64,000 nucleotides of DNA from an uncultured delta proteobacterium (lineage in GTDB: Bacteria > Desulfobacterota > Desulfobacteria > Desulfobacterales > Desulfatirhabdiaceae). The stretch's first letter is position 1, and each line of letters starts with the position of its first letter. Both the position numbers and the translations under genes were made by a program. The stretch spans positions 288,001 through 352,000 of the forward strand of contig CAWBKP010000024.1 of the NCBI GenBank assembly GCA_963789395.1. The letters are read 5' to 3'. Positions 54,158-64,000 of the stretch are shown here, in pieces. The notes under the pieces are model-generated. The model had not been told where the DNA came from. It was given only the letters and a program-made list of their open reading frames with translations, and did no database searches.

Positions 54158-55159
54158 TCACGGTACTTCGACCGAATCAAACACCTGACCGATAATATTG
54201 TCGGTGGTGATGTCCTCTGCTTCCGCCTCATAGGTCAGAATAATACGATGGCGCAAGATGCTGGGTGCAACGGTCTTGATGTCCTGGGGGGTAACATAGG
54301 CCCTTCCCTGAAGAAAAGCAAAGGCTCTGGCCGCAAGGCTAAGAAAGATGGTTGCCCGGGGAGAGGCGCCGAACTGGATATAATCTGAAATATCCATGTT
54401 GTATTCCCTGGGCTTACGGGTGGCAAAAACGATGTTGACAATGTAGTCTTTCAGCTTTTCATCCATATAAACCGATCGGATCAACGCCACAATATCGTTC
54501 AGCTGGGATGGATCGATCACCGGACGGACTTCAGGAAGGGTTTCAAATCCGATCCGGTGCATGATTTCTTTTTCTTCGGTTTTGCTGGGGTAATCGATAA
54601 CCAGTTTGAACATGAAACGATCGACCTGGGCCTCGGGAAGAGGGTAGGTGCCTTCCTGCTCGATGGGATTTTGAGTCGCCAGGACCAGAAAGGGATCGGA
54701 AAGCGTAAACGTGTGTTCGCCGATCGTAACCTGTCTTTCCTGCATGGCTTCAAGAAGAGCCGACTGAACCTTGGATGGAGCCCGGTTGATTTCATCGGCA
54801 AGAATAATGTTGTGGAAGAGAGGCCCTTTTTTAATGGTGAAATCTCCGGTTCCCGGCCGGTAAATCTCCGTTCCGATCAGGTCTGCCGGCAGAAGATCCG
54901 GGGTAAACTGAATGCGCTTGAATTCCGCCCGGACTGTTGCAGCCAGCGCCTTGACCGCGCTGGTTTTGGCCAGTCCCGGAACACCTTCGATGAGAATGTG
55001 TCCTTTGGTGAACAGCCCCATCAGCAGCCCGTCAATCAGATCGCGCTGCCCGACAAGAACCTTGTTGATTTCAGTTCGCATGCTGTTGATCACATGGTGC
55101 GTTGTTTCTATTTTTTCTTTTAATTCTTCAATGATCACGTTTCCTCCCACAAACATCAT
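54158..55159 (-). CDS. moxR: MoxR-family AAA+ ATPase
   Basis: EGVPGLAKT, RIQFTPDLLPAD, LADEINRAP.KVQSALLEAM, QNPIEQEGTYPLPEAQ. Confidence 0.95.
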   Translation of the reverse strand: MMFVGGNVIIEELKEKIETTHHVINSMRTEINKVLVGQRDLIDGLLMGLFTKGHILIEGVPGLAKTSAVKALAATVRAEFKRIQFTPDLLPADLIGTEIYRPGTGDFTIKKGPLFHNIILADEINRAPSKVQSALLEAMQERQVTIGEHTFTLSDPFLVLATQNPIEQEGTYPLPEAQVDRFMFKLVIDYPSKTEEKEIMHRIGFETLPEVRPVIDPSQLNDIVALIRSVYMDEKLKDYIVNIVFATRKPREYNMDISDYIQFGASPRATIFLSLAARAFAFLQGRAYVTPQDIKTVAPSILRHRIILTYEAEAEDITTDNIIGQVFDSVEVP

Positions 55160-55722
55160 AATGGACAGATTCAGGGCAACTGCATTAAATGGATCGAATG
55201 CGGTCTGATACAGGTTGTCTGAAAATGTGATTGGCTTCGACTGTTTATCTGCATTTAATGTAATTGTTTAAACATGATCTTGAAAAATAGTCATGGAAAA
55301 TTCATTTTCAAGACCAGGTCACCGGATACATTCTACATCCCCCTCAAGTAAAACTCAGGAGATTGATGCAGTGACGCCATCCCTGCTTGAACACCGACAG
55401 CAACAGGCGCCTCCTGTTGTGTCTGTCTTTGACAGCATGCATATGTATTCAGTTTCCGTAGGAACACGGATCGTTTTACATGCGTTGTTTTGAATTGACA
55501 AAAAACTGTAAGTTGTGACATAGGGAGCATTTTTTAAATGTCAAAAGAGGAGGAATAATTGAACAAACTGATATTATTCGTTGCTCCCTTGCTGGTCATC
55601 ACCATTTTATCGTCAGTGCATGGAGAGGATTTGGACCTGGCCAACATTAATGCCAAGGCCGGCCCTGGCAAGTTGCATCCATCGCGCTTTATGTTGAGTG
55701 TTTGAGGGGGTGTGAGAGAACC

Positions 55723-56121
55723 ATGCAGATTATAATTGTTTATCTGCTGGCCTGGATAGGCCTTGCAATTGTGGCAATTCTAAACGGCGCACTGCGGGTT
55801 AAGGGATATTCCTCTTACATGAGCGAACTGGCTGCTCATCAGTTATCAACCGTGATCGGGCTTGGGTTTTTCGGGATATATTTCTGGTTTCTGACAGGCG
55901 CCTATCGTCTGGAATCATCCGGACAGGCCCTGGGAATAGGGACCATGTGGATCGTATTGACAGTTTTATTTGAATTCGGTTTCGGTCATTTTGTAATGGG
56001 GCATCCGTGGCGTAAACTTTTTGCGGATTACAATATATTTCGAGGCAGGCTGTGGTCCCTGGTTCTGCTCTGGACGTTTATCGGACCGTATGTTTGTTTT
56101 AAGATCAGGCTCGCAAAATAA
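55723..56121 (+). CDS. Four-TM hypothetical membrane protein
   Basis: Hydrophobic segments; NGALR, AHQLS, EFGFGH, YNIF.GRLW. Confidence 0.7.
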   Translation: MQIIIVYLLAWIGLAIVAILNGALRVKGYSSYMSELAAHQLSTVIGLGFFGIYFWFLTGAYRLESSGQALGIGTMWIVLTVLFEFGFGHFVMGHPWRKLFADYNIFRGRLWSLVLLWTFIGPYVCFKIRLAK

Positions 56122-56149
56122 AAAGGGATTCGTTTTGAACCCCTTTTTT
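56120..56149. terminator. Bidirectional intrinsic terminator between convergent genes
   Basis: AAAAAGGGATTC-GTTTT-GAACCCCTTTTTT hairpin with A- and T-tracts. Confidence 0.6.
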
Positions 56150-56173
56150 ATAACAGGTTTTCAGGTCATTGCG

Positions 56174-56620
56174 TTATTCAATCTTGATCTGGATTTGTTT
56201 CGGCTTTTGTTCTTCAGGCTTGGGAATTTCAATTTCAAGGACCCCGTCTTTAAACGCGGCCTTGATGTTGTCCGGGTTTATGGTTGAAGGTAGCGTAAAT
56301 GCCCGGTAAAACGATCCGAAACTTCTTTCCTTCCTGAAATATTTGTCTTCATTCACTTCCTTGACTTCGACCCGTTCCCCTTTCAGGGTCAGAACATTGT
56401 CCTTGACTTCAATGTTAACATCATCTTTTGTAACACCGGGAAGTTCGGCATGGATGACAATCGAATCCGCCTTGTCGTAGATATCCACGACAGGCTTCCA
56501 TGCGCTCAAGGCAAAATCTTCATCCGCTCCCGAACGGGGGAATGCATCATTAAACAATCGATTGATGCTATCCTGTAAACTGGCTACAGCTCCATAAGGT
56601 TGCCATCTGACAAGTGCCAT
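56174..56620 (-). CDS. Hsp20/alpha-crystallin small heat-shock protein
   Basis: AGGAGG RBS; PVVDIY, AELPGV, ERSFGSFYRAFTLP, FKDGVLEI.IPK, IQI. Confidence 0.95.
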   Translation of the reverse strand: MALVRWQPYGAVASLQDSINRLFNDAFPRSGADEDFALSAWKPVVDIYDKADSIVIHAELPGVTKDDVNIEVKDNVLTLKGERVEVKEVNEDKYFRKERSFGSFYRAFTLPSTINPDNIKAAFKDGVLEIEIPKPEEQKPKQIQIKIE

Positions 56621-56908
56621 AATTCCACCTCCTATGATAGATGAGTTTATGATGCCAACTGCATTCGCACTGGCCGGACTTTTATTTAACCGCATAAAAT
56701 CAACTGCTTAATTCCGAGTCTATAATAATCATATTTTATTTGCTGTCAAGTAAGCCAAAAAAAGTTCGAATGTAACTTGCAGTCTGGTCTAATCAGATGG
56801 CGGAACACACGCATTCAGATGTGACAGTTCAGTTCGATTGCAACAAAAGTTGCAGCCGGTCCCATGACTGCGTCCTGCGATTTGAAGTCCTGGTGGTGAT
56901 GTTTTTGA

Positions 56909-56986
56909 TTAAATAATCATTCCCAAAAAAATGAGGGTGTAAAGGGATGTGGCAAAACCAATGGCGGATAATATATGGGGTTTCAT
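56909..56986 (-). CDS. Possible 25-aa hydrophobic peptide
   Basis: AGGAGG RBS then MKPHILSAIGFATSLYTLIFLGMII*. Confidence 0.35.
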   Translation of the reverse strand: MKPHILSAIGFATSLYTLIFLGMII

Positions 56987-57163
56987 TTTTAATGCCTCCT
57001 GTCCTGGTGTTATCGATATGTGCGGGTTTTTCACGAAGACAAAGTTGTTTTGTCGACTTTCGAGAAAGTATATATTAAGACTTAACATGATGTCAATTTT
57101 AAATTAATATTTTATTAATATTTTTTTATTGGCTTTTCGATGATAAGTTGATAAAAATCAGAT

Positions 57164-57926
57164 ATGGAATCTCCAATTAAACTTTATGAGTATTTCTGGC
57201 AGGCCCTTAACGATTTTGCTTCATCAAAGGGCTATGGTGTTCAGCGACAATATTGCCGTGCAGGCCGGTGTGACGGAAGCATTCATCAGTCAGATCATGG
57301 CCGGTACAAACAAGGCCTCAGTCCGAACACAAGCCGCCATTGCCAGGGCCTGCGGTTTTGCCTCCCTTGAAGACATGCTTCAGGCAGGTAAATCCAACCC
57401 GAAAAATGCTGCTGGGCCTGAGATTGAACAAAATCTGATCGTTCGGGTCAATTCCCTATCCGAAAAAGAAATCCTGACTGGCAATATTCACGAGTATCGG
57501 GGTATTCCCCTGTATGCATCCGGCAAACTGTCAGCAGGCGCCAATGGTTTGGCGTTTGATCCGTATGAACCGCCGGATTCGATGATCGTCATTTATAAAC
57601 CGGAAATCCAGGGAAGCGCCAGGCACAATCTGTCCGCGTTGAAGGTCGGCGGAGACTCCATGGCGCCAACCATTCCCAAGGGCGCCGTCGTTGTCGTGGA
57701 TCTGTCCGACAGGGAACAAGTGGATGGCAGGATTTTTGTTGTGAATGTTCCGGACGGCGGGATCGATATGGCGGCTGTTAAAAGAGTCCGGCGTTGGGAA
57801 AAAGGTAAGGGGTTTGTACTTATCAGCGACAATGCCGGCTATCCGCCTGACATTTCCCTTTTAGACTGGCATCGGCTCTGTGTCGGCAGGGTCGTATGGA
57901 TGAGCAAGGATGTGAGACAGGCATAA
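57164..57926 (+). CDS. XRE HTH + S24 peptidase repressor (CI/LexA-like); frameshift near 57245
   Basis: IAVQAGVTEAFISQI HTH; V.GDSM.PTI..G, VKR, LISDN..YP, GRVVW. Confidence 0.82.
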
Positions 57927-57949
57927 ATCAATATTCCGGTTGTTTCTTC

Positions 57950-57994
57950 TTGACACCGGGGTGAATTTTACTTAATTGTCCATCAAATGATGGA
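57950..57994 (+). promoter_or_regulatory. Promoter -35 box plus palindromic operator upstream of tetR
   Basis: TTGACA at 57950; TCCATCA-AA-TGATGGA at 57979-57994. Confidence 0.55.
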
Positions 57995-58050
57995 AACATA
58001 TATTGGGATAGTTTCGATGGATAAAATACGTGCGGGAAAGGGAAGTGGTC

Positions 58051-58671
58051 ATGGCAACGCGTCTTGAAAAAGCGCGGCAGGACCCGGCTTCCATGAAAGC
58101 CAGGATCCTGACGTCAGCCCGGAAAAATTTCGGAGAATTTGGATATGGGGCAACCACCACACGGATGATTGCCAAGGATGTGGGAATTGATATTTCCACG
58201 CTGTATTATCACTGGGGTGAAAAGCAGGATCTTTATGAAGCGGTCATCATGGATATAACCGATGAAATCCGGTTGCAATTTCAGGAGATCGAGCGAAAAG
58301 TCAAAGGCAAATCCGTCTCGATTCGCCTTGAGATCGCCATTGATGTCATGTGTGATTATCTCTTTGCCCACCCGGAGGTTTCGAACTTGATTCTGCTCGG
58401 TTATTTCAACAAGGACAGTCGCGGCGTGACCCTTCACGTCAAGATGGCGGAATATGTATCGATCATCGCTGTGGTCATGGGTCTGGCGGAAAATAAACGG
58501 TACATCTCCGTTCATGCAAAAGCCAGGATTCTGGCTGTATGGAATTCCGTGCTGAATTTCATTTCCGGAGAAAATTTTTTCCGCCCCATGCTGGAAGTCG
58601 AGCGCGATCAGTATCTGGCGGTGGTCAAGGAAACCCTGAAGTTCATTCTTGTTCCGGCATTTTCCAGATAG
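58051..58671 (+). CDS. TetR-family regulator
   Basis: F.EFGY.ATTTRMIAKDVGIDISTLYYHWGEKQDLY. Confidence 0.9.
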   Translation: MATRLEKARQDPASMKARILTSARKNFGEFGYGATTTRMIAKDVGIDISTLYYHWGEKQDLYEAVIMDITDEIRLQFQEIERKVKGKSVSIRLEIAIDVMCDYLFAHPEVSNLILLGYFNKDSRGVTLHVKMAEYVSIIAVVMGLAENKRYISVHAKARILAVWNSVLNFISGENFFRPMLEVERDQYLAVVKETLKFILVPAFSR

Positions 58672-58792
58672 CCATTCAATAATGCGCCTGTTATGCAATG
58701 TAACTTTAATCTGATTCCCTGTTTGGGAAAACAGGGGAGAATCCGATTCATGATAAAGGTGATAACACTAACATCACATAAAGGAGGGAAAA

Positions 58793-60922
58793 ATGGCGTT
58801 GAATCTGGAGGCATTGGGAAAACCCATTGGCCCTGTCAGCAAGGATTATACCTGGAAGGATGTGGTTTTGTACGCCCTCGGGGTTGGATCGGGCGCTTCG
58901 GAACTCGAGTACTGTTATGAAAAGCAGCTGAAAGTATTGCCAAGTTTTTCCATTGCGGCCATTTTTGATTTTCTGGCCCATATCGGGGCAACCTCCAATG
59001 TTAATCTGGCAGGAATTCTTCATGGGGAGCAGCGCCTGATCTTTCACCATCCCATTCCCTCCGAAGGAACGCTGAGCACCCGGGGAAAAATCACCCATTA
59101 TTATGACAAAGGCGTTAAAAGAGGTGCCTTGGTAGTTGCGGAAAGCGACACGTACCATACGAATGGTCAGAAACTGTTTACCAGCATCATTACCATTTAC
59201 TCAAGGCTCGATGGCGGATTCGGGGGTGAAAACGCGCCAAAGAATAAAGTCGTATTTCCCGACCGGGCTCCGGACTGTGTTGTTGATGCCCATCCCTCTG
59301 AAAGCCAGCCCCTGATTTACCGTCTTTCCGGCGACATTTTCGATCTGCATGTGAATCCGGATTTTGCGAAAATGGCCGGGTTCGAAAAACCCATCATGCA
59401 CGGGCTCTGCACCCACGGGTACGCGTGTCGAGCCCTGATACAAAGTCTGGTTCCGGAAGCGCCCGAAAAAGTCCGTCGGATGGACTGCCGGTTTTCCAAG
59501 GCGCTCTATCCCGGGGTTCCCATTCAGACCCTGATCTGGAAGACCGACAAGGGAAAGGCCGTGTGGCGAACTTTGAATGCGCGGACCGGCGCGGTGGTCA
59601 TAGATAACGGGGTGTTTGAATATGGCGACGTGCCCGAGGAAAAGATCCGCTTTGACGGACGGGTTGCGGTCATTACCGGTTCAGGGGCAGGACTGGGCAG
59701 GGTGTATGCGCTGGAGCTGGCCAGGCGCGGTGCAAAAGTGGTGGTCAATGACCTGGGCAGTGCACGGGACGGCTCGGGCAAGGGCTCTTCCGCTCCGGCG
59801 GATCAGGTGGTTCTTGAAATCCAGGCAATTGGCGCAGAAGCTGTCGCCAGCTATGATAATGTGGCCACGCCGGAAGGTGGCCGGGGGATCATTCAAACCG
59901 CACTGGATACCTTTGGAACCGTGGACATCCTGATCAATAACGCCGGTATTCTGCGGGACAAGAGCATTCTTAAAATGGAGCCGGAAAACTGGCAGGCTGT
60001 CATGGATGTGCATTTGAACGGGGCGTATAACGTTTCCCGGCCAGCATTTGAGGTAATGAAGGGAAAAGGCTATGGCCGTATCCTGATGACCACATCCGCC
60101 GCAGGCCTCTACGGCAATTTCGGCCAGACCAATTACGCTGCGGCCAAAATGGGTCTGGTAGGCCTGATGAATACCCTGAAGCTGGAAGGCGAAAAATACA
60201 ATATCAAGGTCAATACCATTGCGCCGCTGGCTGCCTCGCGGCTCACCGAAGACGTGACCCCGCCTGAGCTGTTTCAGAAAATGAAACCCGAATTCGTGGC
60301 CCCGATGGCCCTGTATCTTTGTTCGGAAACATGCCCGGTCAGCGGGAACATATACAATGCCGGCATGGGGTTTTTCAACCGGGCAGCCGTGGTGACCGGG
60401 CCCGGACTGACCCTGGGAGCCGCCAAAACCTTTCCGACCCTGGAAGATATCATCGCCAACATCGAGGCAATATCCACACTTGAAGGGGGGAAGGAATACC
60501 GGCAGCTCAGCGACCAGGTCGGGGATGCCTGCTCGACACTGCAGGCCCCGCAGAAATCCATTTCACCCAAATCCGCTCAAAAAGCGGCTGCCAAAGGGTT
60601 TGAAACCGCTGCAGCCGTTTTTGAAGCCATGCCGGCGTCCTTCAAACCCGATGCGGCATCCGGCGTGAACGTGGTGTTCCAATATATCATATCCGGGGCA
60701 AATGGCGGGGAGTGGTCCTGCGACATCCGGAATCAGACCTGTACGGTTGCCTCGGGAAGGCACGATACGCCGACCTGCACCCTGAAAATTGCCGATGCGG
60801 ATTTTCTGGATATGATGAACGGCAGACTCAAACCCATGCTGGCCTATACATCCGGCAAACTCAAGATCGAAGGTGATATCATGAAATCACAGTTGATCGA
60901 AAAACTCTTTGCGATGAGATAA
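58793..60922 (+). CDS. MaoC hydratase + SDR dehydrogenase + SCP2 fusion (MFE-2-like)
   Basis: YRLSGD...LH...HGLC hydratase-2 motif; TGSGAGLG, NNAGILRD, YAAAK; C-terminal AYTSGKLKIEGD. Confidence 0.88.
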   Translation: MALNLEALGKPIGPVSKDYTWKDVVLYALGVGSGASELEYCYEKQLKVLPSFSIAAIFDFLAHIGATSNVNLAGILHGEQRLIFHHPIPSEGTLSTRGKITHYYDKGVKRGALVVAESDTYHTNGQKLFTSIITIYSRLDGGFGGENAPKNKVVFPDRAPDCVVDAHPSESQPLIYRLSGDIFDLHVNPDFAKMAGFEKPIMHGLCTHGYACRALIQSLVPEAPEKVRRMDCRFSKALYPGVPIQTLIWKTDKGKAVWRTLNARTGAVVIDNGVFEYGDVPEEKIRFDGRVAVITGSGAGLGRVYALELARRGAKVVVNDLGSARDGSGKGSSAPADQVVLEIQAIGAEAVASYDNVATPEGGRGIIQTALDTFGTVDILINNAGILRDKSILKMEPENWQAVMDVHLNGAYNVSRPAFEVMKGKGYGRILMTTSAAGLYGNFGQTNYAAAKMGLVGLMNTLKLEGEKYNIKVNTIAPLAASRLTEDVTPPELFQKMKPEFVAPMALYLCSETCPVSGNIYNAGMGFFNRAAVVTGPGLTLGAAKTFPTLEDIIANIEAISTLEGGKEYRQLSDQVGDACSTLQAPQKSISPKSAQKAAAKGFETAAAVFEAMPASFKPDAASGVNVVFQYIISGANGGEWSCDIRNQTCTVASGRHDTPTCTLKIADADFLDMMNGRLKPMLAYTSGKLKIEGDIMKSQLIEKLFAMR

Positions 60923-60957
60923 CAGGAGAATTCCTGACAATGCGAACAGGGGGAAAT

Positions 60958-63324
60958 ATGATCGGTATCACATCTTACGGTGCTTATATTCCGCGTCTTC
61001 GGCTGGATCGCATGGCTATTTATCAGGCCATGGGCTGGTTTGCGCCGGCCATTGCCATGGTGGCCCAAGGAGAGCGCTCCATGTGCAACTGGGACGAAGA
61101 CGCCGTCACCATGGCGGTGGAGGCTTGCCGGGACTGCCTGAAAGGACGGGACAAACAAGCACTGGATGCTGTTTATCTTGCGTCCACAACGTTGCCTTTC
61201 AGCGACCGGCAGAATGCCGGCATCGTGGCAGCGGCACTGAACCTTCCCAAGAACATCATGACCCTTGATATGACAGCCTCGCTAAAAACCGGAACCAGCG
61301 CGCTGATTACCGCACTGGAAGCGGTCCGGGGCGGCGGTAAACATCATATTCTGGTTGCAGCCTCGGATCGACGGGAAACCCGGGCCGCCTATTTTTATGA
61401 AATGTGGTTCGGGGACGGGGCCGCGGCCCTTGCTGTCGGCGATACGGATGTCATTGCCGAGTTCAAAGGCTCATTTTCCGTGTCCTGCGATTTTGTGGAT
61501 CATTACCGGGGTGCCGGCCATGCCGTCGATTACGTATGGGAAGAACGCTGGGCCAGAGAGGAAGGCTATTCCAAAATCATTCCTGAAGCTGTCAACGGTC
61601 TGATGCAGCAGCTTGGCATCACCATTTCAGATGTGGACCGGCTTGTCTTTCCCTGCTTCTTCAAAGCCGAGCACCGCAACATCGCCAACATCCTGGGCGC
61701 ATCATCGGATAAGCTATGCGATACCCTTCATGAGGTCTGCGGGGAGACCGGCGCAGCGCACAGCCTGCTCATGCTGACAGCTGCGCTTGAAACCGCCAAA
61801 CCCGGGGACCGTATTCTGGCAGCCGGATTCGGGCAAGGGTGCGATGCTTTGTATTTTGTGGTGACAGAGAACATTACACGGCTTTCTCAAAGAAGCGGCG
61901 TCACAGGCAGCCTCGCCAACAAAAAAACCATCGAGAATTACCCGAAATATTTAAAGTTCAGAAATCTGATTCAAACGGAAACGGGAATTCGGGCTGAAGC
62001 CCCGAGCCAGACTGCCATGACTGCGCTGTGGCGGAAAAACGCGATGATACTCGGGCTTGTGGGCGGAAAATGCCAGGCATGCGGCACCCCGCAGTTTCCG
62101 AAAATGGATATCTGCGTCAATCCGGCCTGCAATGCCTCCCATACGCAGGAAGATTATGAATTCTCTGAACTTCCTGCCATTGTTAAAACCTTTACCAGTG
62201 ACCTGCTTGCAGTATCCGTTGATCCGCCCGCCAAATACGGCATGATCCAGTTCGAAGCCGGCGGCAGATTCATGGCCGATTTTACGGACTGCGACATGGA
62301 GGAACTTGCTGTCGGCCTTCCCATGAAAATGATGTTTCGAAAGCGCGGAGAAGACAGGACCCGGGGGTTTGTCAATTATTTCTGGAAGGCTGTTCCGATT
62401 CCAGGGGCCAGAGAGGCCATGAACCGCGTCAACTTCAAGGGTAGAGTGGCCATCATTACCGGGGCAGGTGCTGGTCTGGGAAGGGCCTATGCGCTGGAGC
62501 TTGCCCGGCGGGGCGCAAAACTGGTGATCAATGATTTTGGCGGCTCCCGGGATGGCTCCGGCACCGGTGCATCTACGCCGGCGGACCAGGTGGTTGCTGA
62601 AATCAAGTCCCTGGGCGCGGAAGCTGTGGCCAACTACGACAATGTTGCCACCCCGGATGGCGGCAAGAGAATTGTGCAAACTGCGCTGGACGCATTTGGA
62701 CGCGTGGATATTCTCATCAACAACGCCGGGATTCTGCGGGACAAGAGCTTTGCACGGATGGAGCCTGACAACTGGAATGCGGTTCTGGCCGTTCACCTGA
62801 ACGGCGCGTATCATGTGACCCGCCCGGCATTCCAGGCTATGAAGGATAGTGGTTACGGCCGGATTCTGATGACCACGTCCGCTGCCGGCCTTTACGGCAA
62901 TTTCGGCCAGACCAATTATTCCGCGGCCAAACTGGCCCTGGTTGGATTCATGAACGCGTTAAAACAGGAAGGTGTAAAATACAACATCCGGGTCAATACC
63001 ATTGCTCCTATTGCAGCCTCTCGCCTGACAGCGGACGTGATGCCGCCTGAACTCTTCGAACGCTCACAGCCGGAGCTGGTGGTGCCGATGGCGCTATATC
63101 TGTGCAGTGAGATCTGCGAAGAAACCGGAGCCATCTATAATGCCGGCATGGGGTATTACAGCCGGGCGGCTATTTTGACCGGATCGGGTATGTATCTGGC
63201 GGACGGTGACAATCCCCCGACCCCGGAACAGATTCACCGGAACTGGGATGCCATTAACGATCTGACCGGGGCTGGGGAAACTTCCAATTTGACGGAAGCG
63301 TTGATGGCCATGATGAATCCGTGA
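60958..63324 (+). CDS. HMG-CoA-synthase-like + DUF35 (Zn-ribbon/OB-fold) + SDR fusion
   Basis: GITSYGAYIPRLRL, DEDAVTMAVEA, GDGAAA; GKCQACG..QFP...C....C; TGAGAGLG, YSAAK. Confidence 0.85.
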   Translation: MIGITSYGAYIPRLRLDRMAIYQAMGWFAPAIAMVAQGERSMCNWDEDAVTMAVEACRDCLKGRDKQALDAVYLASTTLPFSDRQNAGIVAAALNLPKNIMTLDMTASLKTGTSALITALEAVRGGGKHHILVAASDRRETRAAYFYEMWFGDGAAALAVGDTDVIAEFKGSFSVSCDFVDHYRGAGHAVDYVWEERWAREEGYSKIIPEAVNGLMQQLGITISDVDRLVFPCFFKAEHRNIANILGASSDKLCDTLHEVCGETGAAHSLLMLTAALETAKPGDRILAAGFGQGCDALYFVVTENITRLSQRSGVTGSLANKKTIENYPKYLKFRNLIQTETGIRAEAPSQTAMTALWRKNAMILGLVGGKCQACGTPQFPKMDICVNPACNASHTQEDYEFSELPAIVKTFTSDLLAVSVDPPAKYGMIQFEAGGRFMADFTDCDMEELAVGLPMKMMFRKRGEDRTRGFVNYFWKAVPIPGAREAMNRVNFKGRVAIITGAGAGLGRAYALELARRGAKLVINDFGGSRDGSGTGASTPADQVVAEIKSLGAEAVANYDNVATPDGGKRIVQTALDAFGRVDILINNAGILRDKSFARMEPDNWNAVLAVHLNGAYHVTRPAFQAMKDSGYGRILMTTSAAGLYGNFGQTNYSAAKLALVGFMNALKQEGVKYNIRVNTIAPIAASRLTADVMPPELFERSQPELVVPMALYLCSEICEETGAIYNAGMGYYSRAAILTGSGMYLADGDNPPTPEQIHRNWDAINDLTGAGETSNLTEALMAMMNP

Positions 63325-63446
63325 CTGGCTGTTCATAAGAATTTCATGCCTGAGCAGAAAGTACATCCGGAAAAAATAATCGGATTTCGAATTTATAGTA
63401 AAACGGCTTCCTTTCAGGCACATATTACAGAGGAGAATGTCTTCCT

Positions 63447-64000
63447 ATGGCTACTGGAATCAAAGATAAAGTCGCAATCATCGGGATGGGATGCACCCGT
63501 TTCGGGGAACGATGGGACAAGGGCGCTGAAGAACTGATGGTGGAGGCCTTTGAAGAGTGCCTGATCGATGCCGGAATTGAAAAAAAGCAGATCGAGGCTG
63601 CCTGGTTTGGAACCTGCATGGAGGAAGTCAGTGTGGGAAAAAGTGCGATACCGCTTTCAACAACGCTCAGGCTTCCATTTATTCCGGTAACGCGCGTGGA
63701 AAATTACTGTGCAACCGGAACCGAAGCCTTTCGGGGCGCCTGCTATGCGGTGGCTTCCGGAGCATATGACATCTGCCTGGCTCTGGGAGTTGAAAAACTG
63801 AAAGACACGGGATACGGCGGACTTCCCAATTTCGGATCCAATGCCGGAACCCTGACCTGGCAGTGGTGGCCGAATTTGACGGCACCTGGATCTTTTGCCC
63901 AGTTGCAAGTGCCTATGCCGCCAAATACCGGATCACGGACAAGGATCTGAAGCGGGCCATGGCCCATGTATCTGTCAAGAGCCATGCCAATGGCGCCTTG
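63447..64000 (+). CDS. Thiolase/acetyl-CoA acetyltransferase (SCP-x type), partial; frameshift near 63905
   Basis: VAIIGMGCTRFGE, RVENYCATGTEA, LGVEK; continues SAYAAKY...AHVSVKSHANGAL in another frame. Confidence 0.88.

Noticed and set aside
55559..55705. 48-aa TTG-start ORF with a GAGGAGG RBS and hydrophobic N-terminus
   Set aside because: Could be a gene remnant, but no recognisable family; insufficient support
56640..56720. CIRCE element or RNA thermometer upstream of hsp20
   Set aside because: No adequate match to TTAGCACTC-N9-GAGTGCTAA; only a weak hairpin away from the RBS
57164..57926. Prophage
   Set aside because: No integrase, structural or replication genes in the window

Overview
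Chromosomal window from an anaerobic bacterium. Gene content (ETF, Fe-S proteins, Bat operon, selenopeptide locus) suggests Desulfobacterota (inference). About 50 genes are recognisable: class II photolyase, a VapBC module, a TetR-RND efflux operon, a MauE/rhodanese/C-GCAxxG-C-C triad, an M1 aminopeptidase, EtfAB, a decayed adenylate cyclase-ATPase gene hit by an IS630 remnant, an orphan ActB/QrcBC-like oxidoreductase, an AmmeMemoRadiSam operon, mntH, a MoxR-Bat operon, and a fused acyl-CoA catabolism cluster. About 15 genes are split by small indels, most likely long-read assembly errors. The standout is missing from the ORF track: a 78-codon gene at 31454-31690 with three in-frame TGA codons in S-[SG]-U-S-G motifs. 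Each TGA is followed by its own near-identical SECIS-like hairpin, the leader ends in a lipobox, and the gene sits directly upstream of a radical SAM/SPASM maturase. This reads as a tri-selenocysteine, probably lipid-anchored, SbtA/SbtM-type (thio/seleno-oxazole) RiPP system. All calls are by eye; no searches were run.
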